DNA of 64,000 nucleotides from Octopus bimaculoides. Taxonomy: Eukaryota. The notes beneath the pieces are model-generated. The model saw only the letters and a list, made by a program, of their open reading frames with translations. It was not told the origin of the DNA and searched no databases. The stretch's first letter is position 1, and each line of letters opens with the position of its first letter. Below, piece after piece: positions 38,372-49,920 of the stretch. The DNA is taken from positions 103,253,840 through 103,317,839 of the forward strand of contig NC_068983.1 in NCBI RefSeq assembly GCF_001194135.2, given 5' to 3'. Position numbers and translations under genes: made by a program.

Positions 38372-40151
38372 CATTAATGTCTAACCCAAGCTGAACACCA
38401 TACATTTTTAAAGAAGCGAAAAATCGATTATAATACTGACCTCAGCAGGATTTGAACTCAGAAGTAATATAATGCTACATATTTAAATGACTCTAAAGAC
38501 AGGAGAGATATAATCACTTCTGATAGAATTTGAAACTTTGAGTATGTGGCGGTGCCCCAGCTTGGCTGTAGCTTCTGAGCTGAAACTAGTTAAAGAGTAT
38601 GTAATATCAAATCATATAATCTACAGTATTTAATTCAATAACCAACTACTATTCCTGCCAAACCCATTGCTTTGGTATGATTGGTCGATGGCAGTCTGTA
38701 TTCAATTGTCCACATTTACATTCTTAGTTCAAATTCAGCTAACTATGCCTTTCATCCTTCCAGGGGCAATGAAATAAGTACCTCCCAAGTCTTGGAGTTG
38801 ATTTAATCAATTATTGTCAGCATAAAAATGTCTAGCCTTGTATCTCAGAAATCCATAATAATGATTTCAATTATCAGCACATGGCTATAAAGATGTAGTT
38901 TATAGGTAAAGTCAATAGAATTTATCCAGTACACAACAGGTGCTTCTATAATCAACCACAGACAGACTAAAAGCTAAGTTGACCTTAGTGATTTAGACCA
39001 ATGTGCTACTATTCCTTCTATTGTCAACAACATCAGCAACAATGATATAAATGGTTTCTAACTTTGGCAGAAGACCACAGATTTTAGTGAGGAGGAGGGG
39101 AGGAGTAATCGATTAAATCATCCAAACATACCTTGTGGAAATTGAACTCAGAATGTACAGGGAATACTATAAGCTCCCTCCCCACCCCCATTCTATTTTA
39201 ACACCCTACTGTTTCTGAAACTCATTCTAATAACAACAGCAACAATTAGAAGTATATGCAGGTGACCTTTTGAATAATTTCACAAGGAAAAGGAAAAACA
39301 AAGTTGATTATTTTACTTTTATTTTTAAAGAGGACTTGCTTACATTTTGCAACAAGTTTTGTTTTCTGCATAGCAAAAACAAAAAAACTTGTGCTATAAT
39401 AGTAAACAGTAAGAGATTTAATTTCTAGTAGAACTTTAGGATATAGAATTAAAAGGCAAAGAATATTTGAAAAGAAACTAAGCCTATACACTGGAAATAT
39501 ATATATATATATATTTTGAAACTCCTCAGGTCACCATTTATATTAACCTCACAGTGTAACATCAAGAGAACATCTCAAGCACAAAACACAGAGTGCTTTA
39601 CATGTTCAAATACACAAAACAACTATGATTATGTTTGCAAGTGATAAAGATATTTATAATAAGTTTAAAGTTGATGAATGTAGTCTGATATAAACAATAT
39701 GCTTTGAATACTGTGTTTGGTAATGAACAGCTATATTGGCAGCTGACTGAAGGTTAAAGAAGCTAAGAATTGCTGCAGAAACTCATTCAACTTCAATATC
39801 TATAACTTATATAAGCTATACACGTTGAAGTTCCTGCTCAAACCTGCAAGAAATAGAAGTCAAATCTCTTTCAAATCACACTTTAAACTCTTAAAAAATA
39901 TTTGAACATAATATGAGATGATCACAACATGAATGCCTCTGATCATAGATCTACTGGATAACGGTTGACCTACAGCTAAAAACCAACACCAACATTTCTA
40001 AAACAAAATGCCTGGAAAGTGGGGCTCTAATCAAGTTGTTATTGAATAATTTTACAAAAACCTGTATTTAAATGGCTTTTCATTCTTACACACACCAAAC
40101 TTTTATTTTGGGACTCTTTTAGTGGATGATAATGGAAAATAGGTACTTTAC

Positions 40152-40191
40152 CGTAGAGCTGAATGCCAACTGTTGATTTCTGTATATGGAC
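40152..40191 (-). CDS. Candidate 40-nt coding micro-exon ((S)PYTEINSWHSAL(R))
   Basis: Acceptor tttgttttcataactcag, donor TACG|GTAAAG. Phase 1 in and phase 2 out; CG plus G of the 26609 exon gives Arg and keeps the DBD frame. Confidence 0.42.
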
Positions 40192-40377
40192 CTGAGTTAT
40201 GAAAACAAATCATTTCCAAAAGGAGATTTGGTTGGTGGAATTTGAAGATAAGATTGGTATGATATAGCTTTAAAAATATTACAACTAAACAATATAATCA
40301 CTGTAGTCAATAACTAGTAGCTTCCAACAATTACTACGAATAAACATCCTCTCTCTGGTTTAACCATGGTAACATAC

Positions 40378-40405
40378 TGTCGTGCTGTCCATCGTACCAG
40401 GACAT
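40378..40405 (-). CDS. Candidate first coding micro-exon of the nuclear receptor (MSWYDGQHD+A)
   Basis: ATG with A at -3 (aaaacgATGTCC); donor GACA|GTATGT; phase-1 end fits the 40-nt exon 186 nt downstream. No homology support available. Confidence 0.42.
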
Positions 40406-40647
40406 CGTTTTTATAGCAATTAAAAAAGAATTACCAGCAGTGGGAGAACCTCTATATCTTGGTTTTGCTCTTTCAAATTGTTACTTTTTCAGAGTTTAAA
40501 AATGTATCGTCAGAAAAAAAAAAAATTGATTTGTTTAGAAAACTTTAAAAACCAGCCTTTGGTTAATAATCTAACCCAGTTTTTCTTTATAACTGTATGA
40601 AATGTCTAAAATGGAAACTATATTTACAGATTAAAATAGAATGTAGG

Positions 40648-40749
40648 CACTTCCAGAATAAAATAAAAATAAAACAATGACGTGCCACTTGCTGTTTTCC
40701 GGATAGACTTGAAGTATCTAGATGATGTAAATAGGAAGTGGGAGATTCC
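40648..40749 (-). promoter_or_regulatory. Candidate promoter/enhancer motif cluster upstream of the 40405 ATG
   Basis: CACTTCC, TTCCGG and GGAAGTG (ETS-like), TGACGTG (CRE/bZIP-like), GTAAATA (forkhead), GGGAGATTCC (kB consensus) within 100 bp of non-repeat DNA. Confidence 0.4.
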
Positions 40750-43600
40750 AACATAAATAATAGTCATAGAAAAAATAAAACAAAACATAATTGATGTAAC
40801 ACATACGACAAGGATATATAGTTAATTACACCTATCCCAACAAATGGGATTGACAACTTGTCAAGATTTGAACCTATAAACCTAGAGGTACATAACTAAA
40901 TACCTCAAAATATTTAATCCTTTTGATACCAAACTTGCCTGAAATCATGTTTGCTTCCTTCATACAGAACTGCTTTTTTAAAGAATTCATATTTAATTTA
41001 AAAACCTTTCATTGTAATTTTATGAAATATCATTCTTTTGAGATATATAACTAAATGCTTCCTAAATCCTAATTTGTTATTTACAAAATTAATTAAAACA
41101 AAACAAAAAAAACAAAAACAAAAAAAACAACCAGAAATAAAACAAAGTATTTGATAGGAAATATAGTCATAAAATTACTGCAACACACTACCAACTTAGC
41201 CTTTCACCAGCAATAACAAAAAATTATAATTAGGAGGGATTCAATGAACAAATAAATAAATAAATGCACAGATAAATTCAAACTTATATTTTGAAGCTAT
41301 TGGAAATCCAAAGAAAAATCAGAGTTTCAAGTAGGATAGATAGATATTGCACTTTATACACGACAATGAAATAGGAAGTGGATTCACGTGAATCCTTGCA
41401 GAGATTACAAACACTAACAACATTAAAACCAGCAAAGATAGCCATGCTACACACTCCATACATAACTATGACTACAATTAACAGTGAATATGACTCATAC
41501 ATATTTAGTAGTGATGTCAAAGGGTAGGGGATTGAAGGAAGAGGTATGGGGGCATTCAAGATTAATTTGGTGCTTAAGAATAGCAAATTAAATAAATAAA
41601 TGATTTTTTTTATGATTAGGCACAAAGCCAATATTTCTGGGGGGGGGGGGAAACAGTGGCAGAGGGGAGATTGCACAGTCAAAGGATGAATAAAGCAAAG
41701 TCAAACTTTAAATACAGAATTGAAGATTGAGTCTAATTAGTGATGCTTTTGGTTTCATGCTATACTGTCTCAGCCTTATTTATTGGCTCTAAAAAGGATG
41801 AGTTTATGTTATTACGATGATAACAGGAAGGTGAAGGCTTTCATGCATCCACCATGGAAAAACTGAAACAGTTCCAACTGCCTATTGAAATCAAACAACA
41901 GGTTTAAATAACAACAGTAATTGTTTCTAACATAGGCACAGGGCCACAAAGTAGTAGGTTAATCGATTAAATCTTTTTCCGCTGATAATTTATTTTATTG
42001 AATCCAGAATTTGAACTCAGAATGTAAAGAGTTATTGGCAGAATTTGAACTCAGAATGTAAAGAGTTAGAATGAAGATTGCAAGGCATTGTATCTGATAC
42101 TCTAATGATTTCCTAACACAGGCACAAGGCCTGAAATTTAAGGGAGAGGAAACAGTCAAGTGCACTGAAACCAGTACATGACTGACTGGTACTATTTATC
42201 AATTCTTGGGAGATTAAATATCAAACTGGCCAAAGCAAAATTTGAACTCAGACTGGAAAGAACTGCAATTAAATACCTCACTATTAATTCTCTCAATCTG
42301 TAACCCTAATTTCTAGCAGCAGTGATGATGATGATGATGATTTCTAATAAGCAACACCACTCTTTTGGAAGAATAATGATAATAGGTAGCAGCAAGCAAA
42401 ACTAAATCTGCTCCTTTGGCCAAGTTCCAACAACTTATCATGGCAATTTGCAATGGTTACTGAAAATAGCAAAACAATACAAATAGTTAGTGAAAGCGAA
42501 GTCTAAACACCATTTTCAGACTGAACTTGAAAATCTAAAAAATAATTATATCTGAAACAAATCTTATATACAGATATTTCTTGAGTTACAGCAACTTCGG
42601 TTACAAAGTTCTCCAAATGGAAATTGTAAAGTACAACCAATAATTTTGAGAGAGTCTCTAATGTACTTTTAAAATCTTTAGTAAAATTAATTTTAAAAAC
42701 TAAAATCACGATATGTATAAAATATATATATATATTTGATGTGGATTTCTTGTATATCACAGCTGCTATCAAGGTTTTCAGTCAAGCATATTGATCCCAG
42801 TGCAGTACATATTTGACTAATCTCTATTTGTCAAATGGCAAAGTTACTTTCTTAATAGAAAGAGATACAACTTGACACTGAAGTGCTGACCAGCAAACAA
42901 AAGGTAGAGACAGACAAATACATACACCATTATTCTAAACTGTCTTCCCTTACTTGCATCAAATAGAGATTTACACATACATAACTAGTATCTACCTAGA
43001 TTCCATTTACACAAGGCTACAGCAGAGACTTGCCTAAAGTGCTGCACATTAGAACTAAACCTGAACCATGTGGTTGTGAACTGAACTTACTAACCACATA
43101 GCTATGCTTGCTCTTATTAGAGAAATTATGGTATGCTGTGTGCATGTGTGTGTATGATTACAGTTGTTTTCAACCAAATGAACTTTCCCATTTATTTGTG
43201 AAAATCATTTCAATTTGCAGAGATATCCTACCCATGCTAACTAGGAACTAGGTAGAAGCCAGACAACTGATGCGACAAGCTACGAAAAATACTATAATAG
43301 TTATTCTGACATGTATTCTTTGTATTAAAATGTCAATAATAATTGGTTTAATTAGCAACCATAAAAACCTTTATGTTTTACATTTTTTATTTTCTTAAAA
43401 AAAAAAAAAAGGAAGGATATTATCATTAGTACTGGCAGATCACTGAAGACTACGTTTTTTGAAATTATGAGAGCCTTTCATCCTTTCATGAGCAAGATAA
43501 TACCAGTAATATACTGTTCTCAAAAGCCGATTTCCCAATAAATCAACCATACACTTTCACAAAAATTAACTTGGTGAATCGATATTTTTTTACCTCACAT

Positions 43601-43820
43601 TAAGGTAGTGAGCTGGCAGAATCATTAGCATGCCAAGCAAAACGCTTAGCAGCTTTTTGTTCATCTTTATGTTCTGAGTTCAAATTCTGCCACGATCAGC
43701 TTTGCTCTTCCTCCTTTCAGAGTCAATAAATTAAGTACCAGTTGAGTACTGGAGTAGATGTAATTGGCTTACCCCCACTCCAAGCTTGTTGGCCTTGTGC
43801 CAAAATGTGAAACCAATATT
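43601..43820 (+). mobile_element. SINE family D
   Basis: Full-length match to 26021-26240. Confidence 0.8.
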
Positions 43821-44589
43821 CTTACTTCATATTTATAAGAGAAATTAAAAAACATAAAAAAAAAAGCTTTTGTTTGGATTATTTATATAAAAAGTCCCAC
43901 AAGTACCAGTGAAATGAAATACACAGTACATGGAGGAAACTGGTGGTGGTGGTGAGGAGCTTACTATTGAAACTTATGATGACCTATTTTCACATGAAAA
44001 ATTTTGAGCATAAAGGCATTCATGAAAGGTAAAGTTTAACAATATTCAAATTTGAATATGCTATCTATATTCACACAGACACAACACATACACCTGTATG
44101 TCTATTTATGAAAGCTGTTTACTTAGTTTCAAGACAGACCTTTAGTCTCATCAACTTTGACTCCAGGACTTTTACATATATGGAAAGTGTGCTGACAAGA
44201 CACCTGGGTTTCAGTAAAATCCTACACAACATTCACTGACTGCACTCTGATCATTCTGCCTGTCACAAAAGAACTTTAGAGAAACCAACACAAGCAATGT
44301 CATAGTTTACACTAGATAGGAGATAGGATTTAAAGAGTGTTTAAGTGCATGCTCAAAGTCAAGTTTAGGAAAGAGAAATAGGTATAAAACAAAAACAACT
44401 AATATCTTCATGGATATTTACTTATACACCAGGAATGACAAGATTAGCTTATTCCAAAAGCCACATGCAATAAACATTAGATGGGAGCTGAAAAGCTTTA
44501 CATAAAAACATTTCTATTGTTACATGCATATCTTATGACAAAAATTGTAAATACTTTTCAATACAAGTGAGTATGCATACATATATATA

Positions 44590-44855
44590 TCATCATCATC
44601 ATTGTCGTTTAATGTCCGCTTTCCATGCTAGCATAGGTTGGACGGATTGACTGAGGACTGGTGAAACAAGATGGCTACACCAGGCTCCAATCTGATTTGG
44701 CAGAGTTTCTACAGCTGGATGCCCTTCCTAACGCCAACCACTCCGAGAGTGTAGTGGGTGCTTTTATGTGCCACCAGCATGAAGGCCAGTCAGGCGGTAC
44801 TGGCAACAGCCACGCTCAAAATAGTGTATTTTATGTGCCACCCGCACAAGAGCAT
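44590..44855 (-). mobile_element. RTE-tail element
   Basis: catcatcatc...tttaatgtccgctttccatgctagc...; matches the 25612 copy but lacks its 25-bp insert. Confidence 0.88.
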
Positions 44856-45034
44856 ATATATATATATATGTATTTATTTTCAAAATGTAATCACATGTGA
44901 ATCATTGGCAATTTTCTTCCTCCGTCTTCCCTTCTATTGAACTTTCCTCTGTTTCCAAAGAAGAGCGTCAGCTTGAAACATTAAGCCATCTTTCTTTCCT
45001 TCCCTGAGCGTCTGCTAATACTTTNNNNNNNNNN

Positions 45035-45075
<41 letters not shown>

Positions 45076-45689
45076 CATGCTTTATATATATATAACATGA
45101 TTTCAGGTGTATGCTAATTCCAGAAAACTCAAATGCAGAATAGAATGTTTTATAGATCTTCACTGTACTATTCATTAACAGTTGGATTTGGACAATGTCA
45201 TTCCACTCAGCATTTCTAGGCTTTTAGGCAAGTCTGATATTACATATCCCAATACATCTTTGATGATAAGTATATACTTGTTATGTAAACATATGGTATG
45301 AATTTAAAAAAAATATCTGTAATGAGTCTCTTACATAATTTTTACACTAAATTTAATGCTGAAAAGAAATTGGTACACTATGAGTTAAGATTAAACTACT
45401 CAAGAACAATATTGTGAATCAAAGCTTTCAATTTGATTGCACTGGATATATATATGCATACCACAGATCTAGTAGTGGTTCTCAACCAGGGTCCATATAA
45501 GATTTTGTTGTTAAAATTTATGTGAATAAACTGGTTATTCAAACTGTTAGAAATATCAGTCAAATTTGCCCCAAATCACACTATATTGTCTTAAAAAAGG
45601 AAGAAAACAATATTTGGTTGTAGATACATTATGTCTAAATAAAAGACAGGATGCTGATGCTCACAGCCAGAATTTTGATCATAGGTCTA

Positions 45690-46263
45690 GGATCTTTTTT
45701 AAAACGGGGGCCACATTTTTCAATAATGTTTTACGTAGTGTTTTTGGTAGCGAAAGACTTTCAAACTTCGTATACTTATCTATTTTGTGTTATAGAACAG
45801 AAAAATATTTTTGTATTCAAATTTATATCATGTAAAAAATTGTCTTATTTCGATAATTTCAACCAATCACCGACAAGTATTCAGTTGTTTACATTTACTC
45901 CTTTGGTTGATTAAGCCATAGCTTCGTTTTATTTGCTTTTTTCATTTTCTTTTTTTTTCTTCGTTTTATTTGCTTTTTTCTTTTTAATTTTGCTGTTTTA
46001 CCCTAACCTTATCACCGATAGAATTGTTTCAGAATCGTTTGTTTATGTAGTCGGCACTTACTGTATATCGGCTGAATGGACGTCAGTGATTGGTTGAAAT
46101 TACAGAAATACGACAACTTTAACATGGAATAACTTAGGGATTTCTTTTTTTTTTTAAGAAGACTAAGAGAAAAAGATGTTTTATATGACACATTCTACCA
46201 GTGTTCCAAGTTTCAAAGTGTTTCGTTAATGAAAAATGTGGCCCCCCGTTTTAAAAAAGATCC
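45690..46263. mobile_element. 574-bp MITE with about 35-40-bp TIRs
   Basis: GGATCTTTTTTAAAACGGGGGCCACATTTTTCA ... TGAAAAATGTGGCCCCCCGTTTTAAAAAAGATCC, flanked by TA (or CTAG) on both sides. Confidence 0.88.
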
Positions 46264-49151
46264 TAGGTCTATTCAATTCAGAGTGAATCCAAGGTTAAGC
46301 CACAATCTATCCACAATTCATCTATAAATAAAGTCTACCTTTCTTCCAAAAGCTGATTATAGTTCATAGATGTTCAACGCTTCTTGGGATTATTTTATCT
46401 GTCCCTATTATATCTCTAGTTGTTTGCTTTCTTATCTTCCTCCAATTCTTCTAAACAATTACTGCAGCTATCATTATCAGTAAGGTTCAATAGGCAACCA
46501 AAGAGACCTTGAAAAGTACATGAAGACAATCAGAAGTCACTTTGTACCAACCAAATGAACACAAGAGAAAATTACTCAGATTTCAAATAATAGCCCTAAA
46601 TTTCCTGCATCTCTTTCTATTAAGTGGATCTGGGTTTTTTTTTATCTTGCTTTAGCAGAACATCTGACAAGGGAAAGGGAGGTGATGATGGCAGTGGTAT
46701 TGTCAGAATGAAATTGTTTCTCTATAGTTACATTGGCAATCATCTATTAGCATGTGAAGGTAATTGTCTTTAAAAACAACTTATAAATTATGGCTGCTGA
46801 TAGATGAGAGGGAGTAATATGTATGAACATAAGGGAATGTTGAGTGTGACCTTGGACCTACTTGATAAACATGGGTACTTGTGGTGCACACAACAACAAG
46901 CTATAAATACCACCAGAGAATTTAAAATTACCAAAAGAAACTACTACAATTGATAGCAAGGGAATGGAGAGAGAGGATGATGATGATGATCTACATATTT
47001 GGTTTCAAATTTTGGTACAAGCCAGCAATTTTGGGGGAGGGGACTAGTCAATTACTTTGACCCCAGTGTACAACTGGTACTTGTTTTATTGACTCCAAAA
47101 GATGAAAAGCAAAGTCAACTTCAGTGGAATTTGAACTCAGAATGTAAAGATGGACAAAATGCCACTAAGCATTTTGCCCAGCATGCTAACAATTCTGCCT
47201 GCTTGCCACCTGATGATGATCGCAACATGAAAAAAAAACAATAACAAAATTTGCATGTATGAAGCTGTAAAAGACAATTAAAAAAGGGAAAATGCCAAAA
47301 TGCTTAATCTTATTTTGTGACAGAAACATCATTAAACTATGATCTATCAAGCTCCTATGATAATGCAGTGTGTGAGCTAATGACTTAATAGTTCAAGCGA
47401 AATCTTATCTTAGCAAAAAACCTTAACAAGAATAATTGTAGGAGAGGGGACAAAATTACACAGAACTGGAAACTGGTACAAACAAACCTGAGCAACGTTA
47501 CCAACATCCTTCATGAATTACAAAGAAAATATCTGCTATGTAAGCATTATATTAAAAGTAATTTGTGAAAAGCTCTTATTGATAAATGTGAATCATGTGA
47601 ACACTTTAAAAAGAAAGATACAAAAAAACATTTTTAAGAGAAATTTTTGAATTGTCTTATACACTAATTAGAATCTAGTGGAGCACCAAGTAATGGCAGG
47701 TGAGTGGGATTTAGTTTCATTGAGTGTAAGGGGAAGAAATGATTTAGTAGTAAAGCCAGTTGCATTTTAATCTCTGTGGGAGGGCAGTCAGGAGGTAACT
47801 AATTAACAAGTGACACAGACACTCAAGGGTGTCATGTTCAGTCAAACAATTTAGTTTTTGATCTCGGACCTGGCAGTAACTGGCATCTACTACAGAACTT
47901 GAAGATGTTTGAATTGGCTAGCCTTCTGCAACTGAGTACAATTCATTAAAAATATGAATATAAACAAATGGGAAGAAAATCTCCAGTTTTGTGGGGTGAG
48001 ATCTGAATTAAAGCAAACATGATCCCCTTACATTAAATGAATGATAAATATTGATTGATTAAATTAGCATAAGATCACAAATTTTGGGGGGGAGGAGGAA
48101 TTTTACCCTAACTACATGCTTAAAAGTTATTTTATGTATTTAGTTAATGCTCCTAAAATACAAAATTTAAGCAATTTTCACTTATTTGCTAAAACACTAA
48201 GGGATCATCCACAAGGCTGACAGTAAATATAGTATATATTTTATCAACTTGGAATAACTGATGGCAAAATAACCCTGGCAGAAAATTGAATCAGGATACA
48301 GAGAGAGACAAACTAAAATATTCTAAACTATTTACCATACTTATTTGTATCTAATATGTATATATTATTTTTAAACCAAGAAATTAGGGGTACACTTCAT
48401 ACATAAGAATTAAATTCTATTGATTTAAAAAAAAATTGTTGTTCCTTAGATCTAAATTTACACAATTTATGCCTCACAAACTTATATATGAAACACTGAA
48501 TGGAGTAGTATGAAATGTGCTTTCACTTTCTGACAATCTAAAATGCTGTTTAAATGAATTAAGATCTTGATTGGAAAAAAAGTTGAGTTTCAGAATTAAG
48601 CAGACACACAACTTTAAAAAATTGTTTTTCACCTCACTAATAAAATCTTGAAAAAGAGAGATTTAGAGAAAAATCTTGTATTTAAATTAACCTTTTTTTT
48701 TTTTTACTGAAATCCCTAGACACGATTGGACAACATGAGACTGTCCAATGGAATTATTGCTATCAAACCTTAAGTATGGAAAACTAGATCATAATACTTG
48801 TATAACAGAAATATGTAAATAAATACTTTCAATATCTGAAAATGAACACAGAATGAAACATTTCTTGTTTTTAAATACTTTAATTAGAATGTAAATACTT
48901 TCATTATCGAAAATACTGCTTTAACTAATTAATGTGAAGATTTAATTAATAAATAATCAATAAGGATAATACATAAATACTGTTATTATTGAAATGTGAA
49001 CATAAACTGAAATAAATAAATACATCTGTTCCTGAAATACTGTAATTACTCAATGTAAAGATGAAATAAATAAGTAATCAATAGCCGAAATACAAATGAA
49101 AAGTCATTGTTGGAGTTGAAGACCTTGATTTTTTATAATAAACATATTTAA

Positions 49152-49366
49152 CCCTTAAGCATTCAGATTACTCTGTCCAATGTAATGTTTATTTATTCAC
49201 ATTGTTTTGAATTAATTGGGCATTATCTTGTAGATATGAGATTTCAATGATGTTATTGTATATTTAAAAAATGACATTGTAGGGTAGTTGAGAAATGCCA
49301 GATCTGGCCAGTTTGAACATAAAACTGATATTTGGGCTGGATATGGCTGATTTAAATGCTAAAGCA
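49152..49366. mobile_element. piggyBac-type MITE
   Basis: TTAA-CCCTTAAGCATTCAG...TTTAAATGCTAAAG; same family as 6186. Confidence 0.8.
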
Positions 49367-49439
49367 TTAGAAGAAGGATTCACTAATGAAAATGTTTACA
49401 TTCTGGGGCGACTTTTATATTTCTACATATGGAAGGTTG

Positions 49440-49920
49440 AGGCAACAATTCCACAACAGACACTGCTATCTACTTGTACTAATTTTTATAACGTCTTCAA
49501 ATTCTGCAGGGACTTTTGCAGCGTGAGTTTCTCTATAAAGCAATGACTCCACCCAACATTGGCCTTAAAGTTGTCAGCATTGTTTAGGAGTGTGAGTTTA
49601 GTAATATGATGTGGCCTAGCTTAGTAGTATGGTTGTTCTCATCTTTTTCACAATTTCCAGTACCTAGGTAATGTATACCAACTGTACTAACTCCAAAACT
49701 GACCATCCAGCATTCTTTCACTGAGTTAACCAGCTCTTCTTCTAACTTAAATTTGCAGAACCCACATCATTTGCCTTCATTAACTCTGGCATGGATCTTT
49801 TTATTTTGGAGCTAGAGTCAGATACTGAACTCAATATACAAAATGATAACCAGCCACCTAGTTTCCACTTTCCTTTCCATATAGGTAAGACTGCCCTCAA
49901 TTTCTCTACATGTGACTATG
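49440..49920 (-). pseudogene. pogo/Tigger-family transposase N-terminal fossil (Brinker-like DBD plus CENP-B-type HTH)
   Basis: Broken frames read AGYHF, EFSI*L*LQNKK, LEEELVNSVKECWMVSFGVST, VLEIVKKMRT, NFKANVGWSHCF, QKVPAEFEDVI, matching the pattern LEEEL..W..E.R..G..VS...IR.KALEIA...FKAS.GW...F...QK.P.EFE. Confidence 0.7.
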
